Source: a virus (lineage: Duplodnaviria > Caudoviricetes). Taken from it: 64,000 nt of DNA. Position numbers and translations under genes: made by a program. How positions within the stretch are numbered: the first letter of the stretch is position 1; each line of letters starts with the position of its first letter. The notes under the pieces were generated by a model. The model worked only from the letters and a program-made list of their open reading frames with translations, did not search any database and was not told the origin of the DNA. The stretch is from the IMG/VR virus record IMGVR_UViG_3300020120_000046, positions 720 through 64,719 of that record. One strand, given 5' to 3'. Positions 18,350-28,205 of the stretch are shown here, piece after piece.

Positions 18350-18628
18350 TCACGGCACTACGGCGGTGAACTCCGCATCGCTACCGCCCTGCTGGAAGGT
18401 AAGGCCGTCGCAGGTAGGAGTCTCGAATGTGACATCCGCAGCCGGAGTTCCCGGAAGCGTAACACTGGTCGAGACGTTGTAGGCCGTGCCGCCGACCACG
18501 ACCTGTCCCCGGATCGTCGCGCCGCTGGGGTCCAGGGGATCATTCCCATCGACGGAGTAGGTGACGGTAATGGTATCACCGTGGGCCGGAGTCGCATTGT
18601 CGATGTTGATATCGCAGCTGACGGCCAT
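18350..18628 (-). CDS. small beta-sandwich-like protein downstream of the lysin
   Basis: TAATG coupling to the lysin; Thr/Val-rich beta pattern. Confidence 0.6.
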   Translation of the reverse strand: MAVSCDINIDNATPAHGDTITVTYSVDGNDPLDPSGATIRGQVVVGGTAYNVSTSVTLPGTPAADVTFETPTCDGLTFQQGGSDAEFTAVVP

Positions 18629-19461
18629 TACTTCGCGTCTCCCTTCTTGCTCGACCAGCTCCAGTTACTGCCGCCGCTAGCCGGACGCCGGTACGTACAG
18701 ACGTCGCCGGACGAGTTGACGTAGGTGATTACGAGCGTGTCATTGCCGGGACTGTAGGCAATGTCGGCTCCGCTCCGGACGCTGTTGGGATTCTGCGTCG
18801 GATCGCAGGCCGCCCAGGCCTGGGCTCCCGGAGCGAGGAAGTTGATCTTGCCGTCCGTCCACACACAGGCCGACCACTCCCGGTCATTGCCATCGAACGT
18901 AGTTGCTGCGGTCATAAGGATTCCTCCTGTCGCCGGAGCGGTGCCGCCGCCTCCGCTCTTTGCCTTGTCGATGACTACGTCCATCGGGAATCCGGTGCCG
19001 CAGTCGTGGTGCCCGGAGCCCCAGGAGCCGAAGTTAACGTGCTCGCAGATTCCGCGCACATTCGGGTCCTGGGCCTGATAGTCGTTTAGGACCTTCCATG
19101 GAATGCCGTACTTGTCGACGCAGTAGCGGACCCATTCCGCCGCGTTGTCGAGTAGGACGGCCTTGTCGTTGAGCCAGGTACTCCGCGTCCACGAGGCGTA
19201 GTCTCACATCTCCAGGCTCAGGCAGTAGCCATTCGCGTTGCCCTGAGTCCAGGCCGAATAGTTCTCATAGACGTACGCGCCGAATACGCCGCGCTCATAG
19301 TTGTCCGCGCCGTGATGGCTCGAACACTGGGCTCCGGGATTCTGGAACCAGGCCCCAAGGTCCCGGATCTTCATCGCGCCTTCTGTGGTATGAAGGACGA
19401 TCTTGTTGTACGGGCCTCGCGAGGTCGAATAGTGCGGGGATGGGATCCAGACTTCTCTCAC
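18628..19461 (-). CDS. endolysin, N-acetylmuramoyl-L-alanine amidase (Amidase_2), interrupted by an in-frame TGA at 19204-19206
   Basis: IVLHTT, SSHH, SLEM*DYASWTRSTWL, ICEHVNF, HHDCG; both halves in one frame (834 nt). Confidence 0.85.
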
Positions 19462-19676
19462 TTGTAGTCCTCCGTCTCCAGTCCCTCCAGGAACTCCCGG
19501 TAAGCCCGGAGCCGGTCCCGGAACCGGGGATCATCCTCCAGCCTTGTGCCCCAGGGTTCCGCCTGGTCCTTCTCTGGGGGCTCCGGGAGCGGGTCCACTC
19601 GCTCTAGCTCTACCTCGCCTCTGTCGAGTTCTTCTGAGGTAAAGAGTTCGCCGGAGCGGACCAATCTCTTGTTCAT
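19458..19676 (-). CDS. hypothetical protein in the lysis cassette
   Basis: AGGAGGAGG RBS; GTGA overlap with the lysin. Confidence 0.6.
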   Translation of the reverse strand: MNKRLVRSGELFTSEELDRGEVELERVDPLPEPPEKDQAEPWGTRLEDDPRFRDRLRAYREFLEGLETEDYK

Positions 19677-19710
19677 GTCCACCTCCTCCTCATTCCTATT
19701 TTACGCCAGG

Positions 19711-19959
19711 CTATTTCTTGGAGCGGTTTAGCCCGATATATGCGCCAAGCAATCCGGTAAGTCCTCCGGTCCCGGCTATCAGAACTTGAGTGGCATTCTC
19801 GGATAGCTTGACTTGTGGGAAGCTGCCGTTTACGATCTGGACCGTACTGGCTACCAGAATGAGAACGATGGTGACTCCGAGCGCGAGCGCGAGTACCATG
19901 GCCACCCAGTCGACTGGACGCCACTTCTTGTCGTTGCGGGGCTCATCAGGCTCCGTCAT
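19711..19959 (-). CDS. putative holin (2 TM)
   Basis: Two hydrophobic segments, basic C-terminus, next to the endolysin. Confidence 0.65.
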   Translation of the reverse strand: MTEPDEPRNDKKWRPVDWVAMVLALALGVTIVLILVASTVQIVNGSFPQVKLSENATQVLIAGTGGLTGLLGAYIGLNRSKK

Positions 19960-19967
19960 TATTCTCC

Positions 19968-20780
19968 CTAGAAGTCGAGCGGGTAACTGGCTCCGTCGAT
20001 ATAGCAGACGCCACCGTTAATGGCGCCAGGGAATCCCTCTAGCTTGACCGTTCCATCGGTCCCGATATGCATCCTCGGGATGCCGGGTGAGGTAGAGCTA
20101 TTGCCATAGTCCGGCGACTGGGACATACTGACAATCGGAATGAACTTGTCGCCCTGCGGCCGGTAGATAGGAGGCATAGTCGCGATCGTAACGTTGTTGT
20201 ATGACCCGGAGGTCGCGAGCTGGATCAGGCCGCCGAAGATAACCATCCGGTCCGGAGTCATCTTGTAGTTGACGGCTCCGGTAAACGGGCCTGGAGTGTT
20301 GATCGTATGCCATACGTCGTTCAGGATCGTCTCCCGGTTATCGGTAAGGGCCGAGAGCGCGCCGGACGAGGCCGAAGTCCAGTAGCAGATAGGCAGGTCC
20401 CAGATCCCCGTAGGAGTCCGCTGAAGGACGGGCAGGACCGGCGAGCCGGACGGGCTCCCCTGGATGATCCAGGGCGCAACGACGGTTGGCGAGGTTGTGG
20501 CCCCACGAGTCAGCCGGAGGACGAGACGGTCAATCCGGTTCTGTGCGGACGCAGCCGGAATCGCCGTGCTAAAGCTCGCGTCTGCGCGCCAGAGCTGGCC
20601 CCTGATAACCGCATTCCCGGCCGCAGCGACAATGTTCCGGCCCGGAACGTCGAATGAGGCGGTAAAGGCCCCAGGCCCGTCTACTGCGTCCTTGGCCCCG
20701 ACGCACGAATGGAAATACTCCCATTCTGACGTTGTCGATAGCTGAGTGAATGAGCTAGGCCGTGCGTCGTATGTAACCAT
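19968..20780 (-). CDS. minor tail protein / tail fibre-baseplate protein
   Basis: NRIDRLVLRL...GIWDLP motif typical of actinophage tail proteins; C-terminal ATMPPIYRP. Confidence 0.75.
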   Translation of the reverse strand: MVTYDARPSSFTQLSTTSEWEYFHSCVGAKDAVDGPGAFTASFDVPGRNIVAAAGNAVIRGQLWRADASFSTAIPAASAQNRIDRLVLRLTRGATTSPTVVAPWIIQGSPSGSPVLPVLQRTPTGIWDLPICYWTSASSGALSALTDNRETILNDVWHTINTPGPFTGAVNYKMTPDRMVIFGGLIQLATSGSYNNVTIATMPPIYRPQGDKFIPIVSMSQSPDYGNSSTSPGIPRMHIGTDGTVKLEGFPGAINGGVCYIDGASYPLDF

Positions 20781-20786
20781 GATCCC

Positions 20787-22064
20787 TCACTTAGTCGCTA
20801 GCTTCTTCTCCAGAGCGCGGATTCGCGCGGTCAGCTGGCCGATAACCTTCTGGTCCGTCGCCGTCGCGTTCGCAGAGTTCCCAATGCTTGGGACAACGGA
20901 GTAAACCGGGTCGGCTGATGGGTCAGCCGTCAGCGTCACAGAGCTAATGACGTCCTGATAGGTAACTCCAGGCCGGACCTCTACCGTTACTATGTCGCCT
21001 AGGTAATAGTCGCGGCCGAACGTCAGGAACGGGATATCAGCTACGGTCGCGTCAATGCTTGGGCCGAAGCCTCCGGCCGCAAGCGCTTGCTGGGCTGTGG
21101 CATTCAGGTTGTTCGCGTCCGTCTCTCCGGAGCTATCCGTATAAGCCTCAATAGCATTTAGGACCGTCCGCGCGGTCGCAGTCTTCTGGATGAACGTACT
21201 GGAGCCCCGCACAAGCGAGTCTGTGAGCGTCGGGTCGGTCAGGGAAAGACTGACGGCCGTCAGGTTGCCAAGGTCCCGGCTAAACCAGGCCTTGCCGGAA
21301 AGATTGCGCGGCACATAGACGTCAAACTTAAGCCGCTTACCGGAACGGTAGACCTGGACTCCCATAGCGGAGCCCGCCTGGGCTATTAGCGCCCGGATCA
21401 CATCCATTAGATTGAGACTTAGATCCTGGAGGAACTTGACTGTGTAGCTAACGAGGTTACCGCGCGAGGAGTCGGCCACTATATCCAGGAGTGAGTTCTT
21501 CCGGGCCGCAATAGCGCCCGGCCCAAGGTTGAGGTTAACATAGTGCTTAATAGCCGTCTCTAGCCGGACGGAGCTTACCGGGTCCGTTGCCCCGGCCGTC
21601 TGCGCGCTCCAGGCGACGGCCGGATTAGGATAAGCAATCCGGTTCGCGACGAGGCCGAGGTAATCGGCTCCGCTCAGCGTAATGAACGGGCCGTTGACGG
21701 AGCCGGACCCGCTCCGCGAGCCTGGTATGGAATCCGTATAGCCGGGCTGCTCGCATTTACCGCCGAATACAAAGAGGCCGCGCCAGTTGACCTCTACGAT
21801 AAAGTCACCCGCCATCATCTGAGCCCACAAGGCATCTGAATAGGGCACGACCATCGACCAGGAGCCGACCGCGTTGTAATAGAGCTGAGCCGTCAGGGTG
21901 ACAAACTGGAGCGGGCCAAGCGCCACAAGCGAGCTATTGTAGAACTGGACGAGGACGGATTCCTGCGATCCTGCCTGCGGAGGAGTATACGGGAGCGGAG
22001 GATTGAGTGCCCCGCTCGCGGCGGATGGGTTCTGGGTCCAGGCATCGACCGGGATGATTGCCAT
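20787..22064 (-). CDS. minor tail (hub, ReqiPepy6 gp37-like) protein
   Basis: YNAVGSWSM, FGRDYYLGDIVTV, C-terminal coiled coil; TAATG coupling. Confidence 0.8.
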   Translation of the reverse strand: MAIIPVDAWTQNPSAASGALNPPLPYTPPQAGSQESVLVQFYNSSLVALGPLQFVTLTAQLYYNAVGSWSMVVPYSDALWAQMMAGDFIVEVNWRGLFVFGGKCEQPGYTDSIPGSRSGSGSVNGPFITLSGADYLGLVANRIAYPNPAVAWSAQTAGATDPVSSVRLETAIKHYVNLNLGPGAIAARKNSLLDIVADSSRGNLVSYTVKFLQDLSLNLMDVIRALIAQAGSAMGVQVYRSGKRLKFDVYVPRNLSGKAWFSRDLGNLTAVSLSLTDPTLTDSLVRGSSTFIQKTATARTVLNAIEAYTDSSGETDANNLNATAQQALAAGGFGPSIDATVADIPFLTFGRDYYLGDIVTVEVRPGVTYQDVISSVTLTADPSADPVYSVVPSIGNSANATATDQKVIGQLTARIRALEKKLATK

Positions 22065-22957
22065 TATGCCCGCAGCCACCTATTCGTCCAGGTTACCGAT
22101 ATGCTGGTATTTACTGTAGAGCCCGCCATAGTGATGTTAATCCGGTTGTCGCCGGCCATAAGGCTCCAGAGGTCCCGGAGCGTCGATAGCACAAGCTGGT
22201 CCCAGACGTTCGCGCTCGTTGTCAGGTTTACCGCGTACTGGGTTCCGGGCTTGGTCGTTACCTGAACTACCTGCCCGGCCGGGATGGAGGTATTCAGGGC
22301 CCATTGCCGGCCAGTCGTCAGGTTCTTAATTGTTGGGGTTCCGGGTCCGGTAATGTTCCAGATAGGCCAGGCCTGTGAGTTCCCCTGGTTCGTGATAACC
22401 GCATCGCCAAGGATCGTCCCGCCCGTAATCGCGACCGGGAGGACCGGCAGGATTCCGGTCGCATTGTTGAGTGAGTAGACGAGGTTATTGGCGGCTAGGT
22501 CACTCCAGTATGGGTCCGGAGTCTGGAGCGTAAATGAGTAGAGGCAGGAGAACAATCCAACGTCCGGCGTATTCATCCCAGACGTACAATAGACCGGAAT
22601 CTGCCGCGTGGAGCCGTCCGGCCTCTGGACCTGAATATAGCCCGGAGCCGGGAGCCCGTTCCGCCTATTGAAGAAGGCGCGCGTTAGCCGGTCCAGTATG
22701 TCATAATAATCGTCCTGCGAGTCCGAGGCCGGGTAACCCACTCCAATAGCCAGCGCTATTGCGCCTGGCTGCGGCAGGACAAGGTTCGCATAAGCCGTCC
22801 CGTCAAGCATCGGAATGACCTGGAGCGCAGTCGGTAGTCCCTCAATACCAGCAATACCCGCGCAGGCATAGCCATTCGTCATTGACATGTCATTAAGGTC
22901 CCAGGTATTCCCGTCTGGGTCAATGTAGTAAATCCCGAGTGGGGTGACATCGCCCAT
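22064..22957 (-). CDS. distal tail protein (Dit)
   Basis: Follows TMP; LQTPDPYW, ITNQGNSQAWP.W.ITGPG. Confidence 0.8.
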   Translation of the reverse strand: MGDVTPLGIYYIDPDGNTWDLNDMSMTNGYACAGIAGIEGLPTALQVIPMLDGTAYANLVLPQPGAIALAIGVGYPASDSQDDYYDILDRLTRAFFNRRNGLPAPGYIQVQRPDGSTRQIPVYCTSGMNTPDVGLFSCLYSFTLQTPDPYWSDLAANNLVYSLNNATGILPVLPVAITGGTILGDAVITNQGNSQAWPIWNITGPGTPTIKNLTTGRQWALNTSIPAGQVVQVTTKPGTQYAVNLTTSANVWDQLVLSTLRDLWSLMAGDNRINITMAGSTVNTSISVTWTNRWLRA

Positions 22958-25662
22958 TAGGACCTCCGTCCCTGACGCTGTAGGCTGCCGTCCGTAATCG
23001 CCATAGCGGTAAAGGCCGACCGGACATGGCTCTCTATGGCGGCTCCGGTCAGGCCATCGAAGTGAGCGTGATAGGCCACTGCGGAGCCGTCGCCTCCGCG
23101 TGGCCGGCCTCCAGGACTGACCCATTCCGGCCCGCGCTCGCCAAACCTATACATTAGGCCGGTACCTAGGCCGAACCCGACGATGGGCTCTGTAACCGGG
23201 CCTCCGTCCGCGTAGCCGTGGCCGGAGCCTAGGGCTCCGAGTCCTGGCCCATAGACGTGCCTCGCGTAGTTAATGGCGGCTGCGATATTCGCGAGCGGGT
23301 CATAGATATTCCAGCTTGTGCCTGGTACGTGATAAGCGGCAAAGGTAGAGCCGATTACCTGCATAAGTCCCTTGGACGGGTCGCCTCGCTTAGCGTTTAT
23401 ATCCCACAGGTTAATGGCATTCGCATTGCCACCGCTCTCCGTTTGCATCTGATAAAGGACCCGGCCAAGAAGAGCCTGGGACATACCAAGCATTGACAGA
23501 GCCTGGGACGCGACTCCGGACCAGCGTGAGACTCCGCTACCGCCACCGCCTCCGATAAGGTGACTAAAGAAGCTGCCGAGAGAATGCCAAGCGGAGCTAA
23601 CAAAGCTCGTTAGCTGACTCAGTACCGACTTATGAATGCCGGCCGCACTCGGGATATGGAGCCCTGGGATAAGTCCTCCGGCCGCGAATCGCTTGGTCCG
23701 GATGGCCTCCATGAAATCAATCCCGTAATGGCTAACGGAATCAGCAGGCTGCATGAACTCACCGCGAGAGGCCCATATGGGTACATCGTCCGCGCGAGGT
23801 CCGGAGCCCCAGGGAATCAGGCCTCCTGATGCCTTCCCGTACTGGGACCGGAAAGCGGGCGAGGCTATTGACTGCTGGGCCGGTGCCATCTTGACGCCGA
23901 CATTGATTGTGCGGTCATGGATTCCCGCGAGCGAGCCGTTCACATTATCCCGGAAGCCATTGAACTTATTGGAGGCATCCCGGAGCTTGCCGCCGATACC
24001 GGGAATCCAGCCGAACGCCCAGGAGGCCGCCTGGAGTATCTTGCCGAATACCGTATGGACGACATCCCACATGCCATTGATGGCATTCTTGATAAAGGTC
24101 ATCCCGCTATGCCAGAGCCCGGTAATGAAGTTGATCGTATTGCTCCAGGCCTTGTGGATAGAGCCACAGACGGAGTTCCAGACGGACTCGATCTGATGCC
24201 CGACCGCTACCCAGAAGTTGATAAACGCGCTCCACGCTCTATGAAGGAAGTTGACTGTGGCCGACCACGCATTATGAATAGCTCCGCAGGTCCGGTTCCA
24301 GGCCGCCTCCATCTGGTGGCCGGCGATTACCCAGAAGTTGATAAAGGCCGACCAGGCCCGGTGAATCGAATTCGTCATTACGGTCCAGGCCGTTGCCATC
24401 CCGTGCGTTACATTGTTCCAGGTAACGGCCATCGAATGGATGTTCTGGCTAAAGCGCCCGGTCATATAGGCCGCAAGCTCCGTCAGGACCGCGAGCGCCC
24501 GGAGCACAAAGACAATCAGCTGGACGAAAAAGTTAACCAGCTTCGCGAAGGCTTGTGGGTGCTGCGAGATCGTTGTGGCTATCTGGGTAATAGCGTCCGC
24601 GATCTCGCGCATCCAGCTTGACACCTGGGGTGTGATAGCATTAAGCATGGCCGCAAAGGCGACGGCGATTGCCTGAATGGATGACTGGACGGCGGGCTGG
24701 CCGAAGCTCCGGATAAACGTATCGGCAAACTGCCGGAACGGCCCGGCAATCGTACTGGCCGCGTGCTCGAATACCGGCGTCAGCTTATCCATGGTCTGGC
24801 GCGCGGTATTGAGGATACTCTCTAGGACGTTAACCCACGACTGCCCGATTATCTCAAGGTCCTCCATAACGCGGTCCTTGAGCGTGTGGAACGTCGCCAC
24901 GACCTCCGGGTTGCGGGCTGCGCCGATAGCCGCCATCCCGCCTATCATGCCGCCGAATCCCGCGACGATAAGCCCGCTTGTGGCTTCCGCGATAAACGGG
25001 AGCGCGAGCAGGCCCAGGGCTCCGGCGACGGCCATAGCCATCGGGCTCCCGGTAATCCCGCTCGCGGCCTGGCCGCCTGATCCTCCGGCTCCCGACCCAA
25101 CCATCCCGATAGCACCCAGCATGCGGGTGGCGAGGCCGAGCCCGGCCTGGTCGCCAGTTTGATTGGCCTCGTGCTTCAGGAGCGCCAGCTGAGCGCGGGC
25201 CTCCACCGTATTGAACCGGACATCAATATTGCCGGCCTTCCGGGAGACAACGTCAAGCTCTTTCTCCAGGACTGCGATTTCCTTTAGCGCGGCATCCGAC
25301 TTAATGTCAATGCCGATCTGCTTCTGGGATAGCGCGACTAGCTTAAGGCGGATCGCCTCCACCTTGCGGTCAACCGGGGAGGAGTCGCCGTCCAGCTTGA
25401 CCTTTGGAAGCGTCTTGATAGCGGCCTCAATACGCTTCTTGAATGTGTCCGCGAATGCGCCTCCGGACCTCGCTCCCTCTGCGGCCATCTCCGGCCGCTT
25501 ACGGCCCATCTCATCGACAATGCCCTTGGAGAGCCTCTGGCCGTATTCCTTCCCGATCGCATCAGAGGACGGAATGAGGTCAGCCGCAAGCTTGCGGTTC
25601 CAGCCGCGAGCGTCCGGGACTACACCAACGGCGACGGAGCCTACAAAAATCTCGTCAGCCAT
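22957..25662 (-). CDS. tape measure protein with C-terminal lytic transglycosylase (SLT) domain
   Basis: Long helical region with W/F-spaced repeats; QTESGGN.NAIN.WD.N...G.PSKGLMQ...DPLANI.AAINY. Confidence 0.92.
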   Translation of the reverse strand: MADEIFVGSVAVGVVPDARGWNRKLAADLIPSSDAIGKEYGQRLSKGIVDEMGRKRPEMAAEGARSGGAFADTFKKRIEAAIKTLPKVKLDGDSSPVDRKVEAIRLKLVALSQKQIGIDIKSDAALKEIAVLEKELDVVSRKAGNIDVRFNTVEARAQLALLKHEANQTGDQAGLGLATRMLGAIGMVGSGAGGSGGQAASGITGSPMAMAVAGALGLLALPFIAEATSGLIVAGFGGMIGGMAAIGAARNPEVVATFHTLKDRVMEDLEIIGQSWVNVLESILNTARQTMDKLTPVFEHAASTIAGPFRQFADTFIRSFGQPAVQSSIQAIAVAFAAMLNAITPQVSSWMREIADAITQIATTISQHPQAFAKLVNFFVQLIVFVLRALAVLTELAAYMTGRFSQNIHSMAVTWNNVTHGMATAWTVMTNSIHRAWSAFINFWVIAGHQMEAAWNRTCGAIHNAWSATVNFLHRAWSAFINFWVAVGHQIESVWNSVCGSIHKAWSNTINFITGLWHSGMTFIKNAINGMWDVVHTVFGKILQAASWAFGWIPGIGGKLRDASNKFNGFRDNVNGSLAGIHDRTINVGVKMAPAQQSIASPAFRSQYGKASGGLIPWGSGPRADDVPIWASRGEFMQPADSVSHYGIDFMEAIRTKRFAAGGLIPGLHIPSAAGIHKSVLSQLTSFVSSAWHSLGSFFSHLIGGGGGSGVSRWSGVASQALSMLGMSQALLGRVLYQMQTESGGNANAINLWDINAKRGDPSKGLMQVIGSTFAAYHVPGTSWNIYDPLANIAAAINYARHVYGPGLGALGSGHGYADGGPVTEPIVGFGLGTGLMYRFGERGPEWVSPGGRPRGGDGSAVAYHAHFDGLTGAAIESHVRSAFTAMAITDGSLQRQGRRS

Positions 25663-26472
25663 TTCCTCTTCCCGTCATCCGGTCTAGCACGTCCTGTACG
25701 TCCTCGTCCGGGACATCGCGCAGCCTAGGGTCTAGGGTCCGTACGATATCCAGGTTCAGGACCCTAGCGGGCTTCCTACGGCTCGCTCCGGGCCTCCGGA
25801 CCGGCTCCGGCCTAGGGACCTTAGAGTCTGACCGGCTCTGTACCTGGACCCAGGTAAGGTTGCGCACCTCGTCTATGAGTAGGGCCAGTAGGGACTCCAC
25901 GCTGGACCACGATGCGCGCTCCGGCTCGAACTCCCTGGAGAATAGCTCATCCTCCGGGATTGAATTCCGCATCGCGGTTGCCAAGGCACTCTCCGGTGGA
26001 AGATGATCTACAAGGACCAGAAGCCGTCGCCACGATAGCCCGGCTCCCAGCTCGCGGAAGTCGGTGCCGTAGTAGCGCTGGAGATCTGCTTCTATCTCCT
26101 CCGGGAACGCCTGCGCGAGTTGCCAGGCCTGGATGATTTTCCCATTGTCATCCGGGCCTTGTGGCCGCAGGTCTGGAAGATCGCCTCAATCTGGAAGTTC
26201 TCCAGATCGGCATCGACCCACGCGCCGAACTCCTCTTTGTCCGCGATTACCTCCTGGGCCCATTGTTCCCAGTCGCCGGTAGAGGCCGCGCGCATAGCCG
26301 TACTCGACCAGGAGGCCGCGTGGCTAATGTGAATAACCACGCCGTCAATCCGGACCGATGTAGGCTCGCCCACGCGTTCCGCGCGGAGCTTATCGCCCAC
26401 GAGGTCTAGGTCAAGGTCTACTTCCTCCGGGCCGTCATCCTCTAGCTCGCTGCCGAGCCCATCGACGCTCAC
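25655..26472 (-). CDS. tail assembly chaperone, long form via -1 frameshift
   Basis: The -1 frame after GGGAAAA reads IIQAWQLAQAFPEEIEADLQRYYG...LSWRRLLVLVDHLPPES and runs into ORF 25655-25984. Confidence 0.85.
26092..26472 (-). CDS. tail assembly chaperone, short form
   Basis: GTGA overlap with the major tail stop; sits between MTP and TMP. Confidence 0.8.
   Translation of the reverse strand: MSVDGLGSELEDDGPEEVDLDLDLVGDKLRAERVGEPTSVRIDGVVIHISHAASWSSTAMRAASTGDWEQWAQEVIADKEEFGAWVDADLENFQIEAIFQTCGHKARMTMGKSSRPGNSRRRSRRR
26137..26143 (-). other. -1 programmed ribosomal frameshift site G GGA AAA
   Basis: Canonical actinophage slippery heptamer in the expected phase. Confidence 0.85.
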
Positions 26473-27143
26473 GTGAAGTATCCCGTCATGTCCTTGCCGT
26501 AATCGATCCACCGCTTGGCGACGTAGATAGAGCCCGCGACGTTACCGGGATACATCGTGACGGTTAGGTCCGTCCCGGTAACGTCGGCCTGCTGAATCTG
26601 GTCGTTGCCGCGAGCGGTGACCTTGACGTTGGGCGCGTACAGGCGCATCTTCTTCAGGCCGTCGAATGAGTCCCAGATCATGGCGTAGCGGTTGTCCGCT
26701 GGCGGGTCCGGGATCGTGTAGCTGGCGATGAACGGCGTGACTGTGGCGGCCTTGAGCGGCGAGGTCGCGACCGGGAATACCGGCACGTCATCGTAAAGGC
26801 TCCGGACGTATGGGTTGAGGTACTCCAGGCAGGTCATCTGAACGCTCTTGGAGCCTCCGGTCAGGATCGTCCGGATAGGCGTCAGGGTCCCGGCCGCCGG
26901 AATGTCCTTGACCGTCTCGTCCAGCTTGAAGATGTAGCCGGAGGTATCGATCCACCCCATACAGTAGTAGCCGGTCAGGGTAGTGATATCCTCAAACCCG
27001 GTAACCGGGCCTGCGGTATTCTGAACCGCGAGCCAGGCAATTACGTCTCCGGCCGCGTAGAGGAGTGAGTTGTCCTTCTGCTTTCCTGGCCCTGCGACGA
27101 GAGGGTTTACAGCGTCGAATTCTTCGACCTCGTTTGACACCAT
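26469..27143 (-). CDS. major tail protein
   Basis: MGWIDTSG, SVQMTCLE, RLYAPNVKVTARG; synteny. Confidence 0.85.
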   Translation of the reverse strand: MVSNEVEEFDAVNPLVAGPGKQKDNSLLYAAGDVIAWLAVQNTAGPVTGFEDITTLTGYYCMGWIDTSGYIFKLDETVKDIPAAGTLTPIRTILTGGSKSVQMTCLEYLNPYVRSLYDDVPVFPVATSPLKAATVTPFIASYTIPDPPADNRYAMIWDSFDGLKKMRLYAPNVKVTARGNDQIQQADVTGTDLTVTMYPGNVAGSIYVAKRWIDYGKDMTGYFT

Positions 27144-27148
27144 TCCTC

Positions 27149-27541
27149 CTAGGAATGTATCTGGATCTCATAGGTTGCGGAATAACGGACGTAGGCTGGG
27201 TTCACCTCCGGGACAGGTCTTGGGCCGCTAATGACGGACGTATTCTGTATCACCCCATTCGGTACTATCTGGCTCATGAATCCCATTACATGGGCCTGGA
27301 TCCTCCGCGCCGCAGAAGAGATATTCCCCTGTTCGGACTTAGGGCCGAACAGGTCAACGTCAACAATAGCCCGGTCGATATAGATATCACGGTTAGCTCC
27401 GGAGATCCGGTGGACCCGGCATATGATTGTGTCAGAATCCCCGGCCGGGAGGACCGTGACAAAGCGGATGTCGGGCTCTAGTGGCACAAGCGCATAGAGC
27501 AGAGCTGACTCCGCGTCCGGAAACGCACTAACAATACTCAC
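27149..27541 (-). CDS. tail terminator
   Basis: FPDAE..L, VHRISG, VDVDLFG; synteny. Confidence 0.75.
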   Translation of the reverse strand: MSIVSAFPDAESALLYALVPLEPDIRFVTVLPAGDSDTIICRVHRISGANRDIYIDRAIVDVDLFGPKSEQGNISSAARRIQAHVMGFMSQIVPNGVIQNTSVISGPRPVPEVNPAYVRYSATYEIQIHS

Positions 27542-27867
27542 CGGAGCCTCCTGAATGCGGCAAGCCGCAGAATGTGAATAGGCTCGCGTCCTCGGTGCCC
27601 GAACTCTACCCAGTAGGCTTCCGGCGAGTCATTGAATACAATGGCCTCCGCACGGTCATTCGTCGCGCCTCCGTGCGTATGGCTCCGGACGTGGAAGCTC
27701 GCCTTATAGCGTCCCCGGTGCGGGTCCTTCGCATCGTGGCTTACTGGGGCTGCCGCCTCCGCGCGAGCCCGTATGCGCTCCGCTACGCTCACCATAGCCG
27801 TTTCCATAAACGGAGCCCGGAGCATACGGCCGACTCCGATGTGGTCCGGGTCATAGCGCGCGGTCAC
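27538..27867 (-). CDS. HK97 gp10-like neck protein
   Basis: AYWVEFG motif; synteny. Confidence 0.75.
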   Translation of the reverse strand: MTARYDPDHIGVGRMLRAPFMETAMVSVAERIRARAEAAAPVSHDAKDPHRGRYKASFHVRSHTHGGATNDRAEAIVFNDSPEAYWVEFGHRGREPIHILRLAAFRRLR

Positions 27868-28205
27868 GACGAGACTCCGGTGACCTTTGACGCGCTTACC
27901 TGGACCGGCGCGGTATTCCCAGAGAATGGCGACTGCCAGGCCTGCGGGACTCCCCGGACCTCGTACTCAATATCATCCACGACGATGGCATCGACGTAGC
28001 TGATATCGGTACCGGGCGGGAGGAACACAGTAATGTCACTAGTCAGCCGGTCGGCAAACTGGAGTTCCTCGCCGCTCCCTCCGGGCTGTACCGCGCAGGG
28101 AGAGATATTCTCCTCCACAAATGCGTAGGTATCGTTGCCGTAGCCGTCCTGACCGGAGACGGATCGTCTCCGGAGCGTGACCGTCTGGCCGTAGGTAAAC
28201 GGCAT
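27864..28205 (-). CDS. head-to-tail stopper/closure protein
   Basis: DGYGN, CAVQP, YEVRGVP; synteny. Confidence 0.75.
   Translation of the reverse strand: MPFTYGQTVTLRRRSVSGQDGYGNDTYAFVEENISPCAVQPGGSGEELQFADRLTSDITVFLPPGTDISYVDAIVVDDIEYEVRGVPQAWQSPFSGNTAPVQVSASKVTGVSS

Noticed and set aside
19170-19206. Selenocysteine insertion at the lysin TGA
   Set aside because: No convincing SECIS stem-loop just downstream and no sel genes; kept only as a remote possibility.
24130-24430. 33-aa tandem duplication in the tape measure protein
   Set aside because: W/F-spaced repeats are routine in tape measure proteins.
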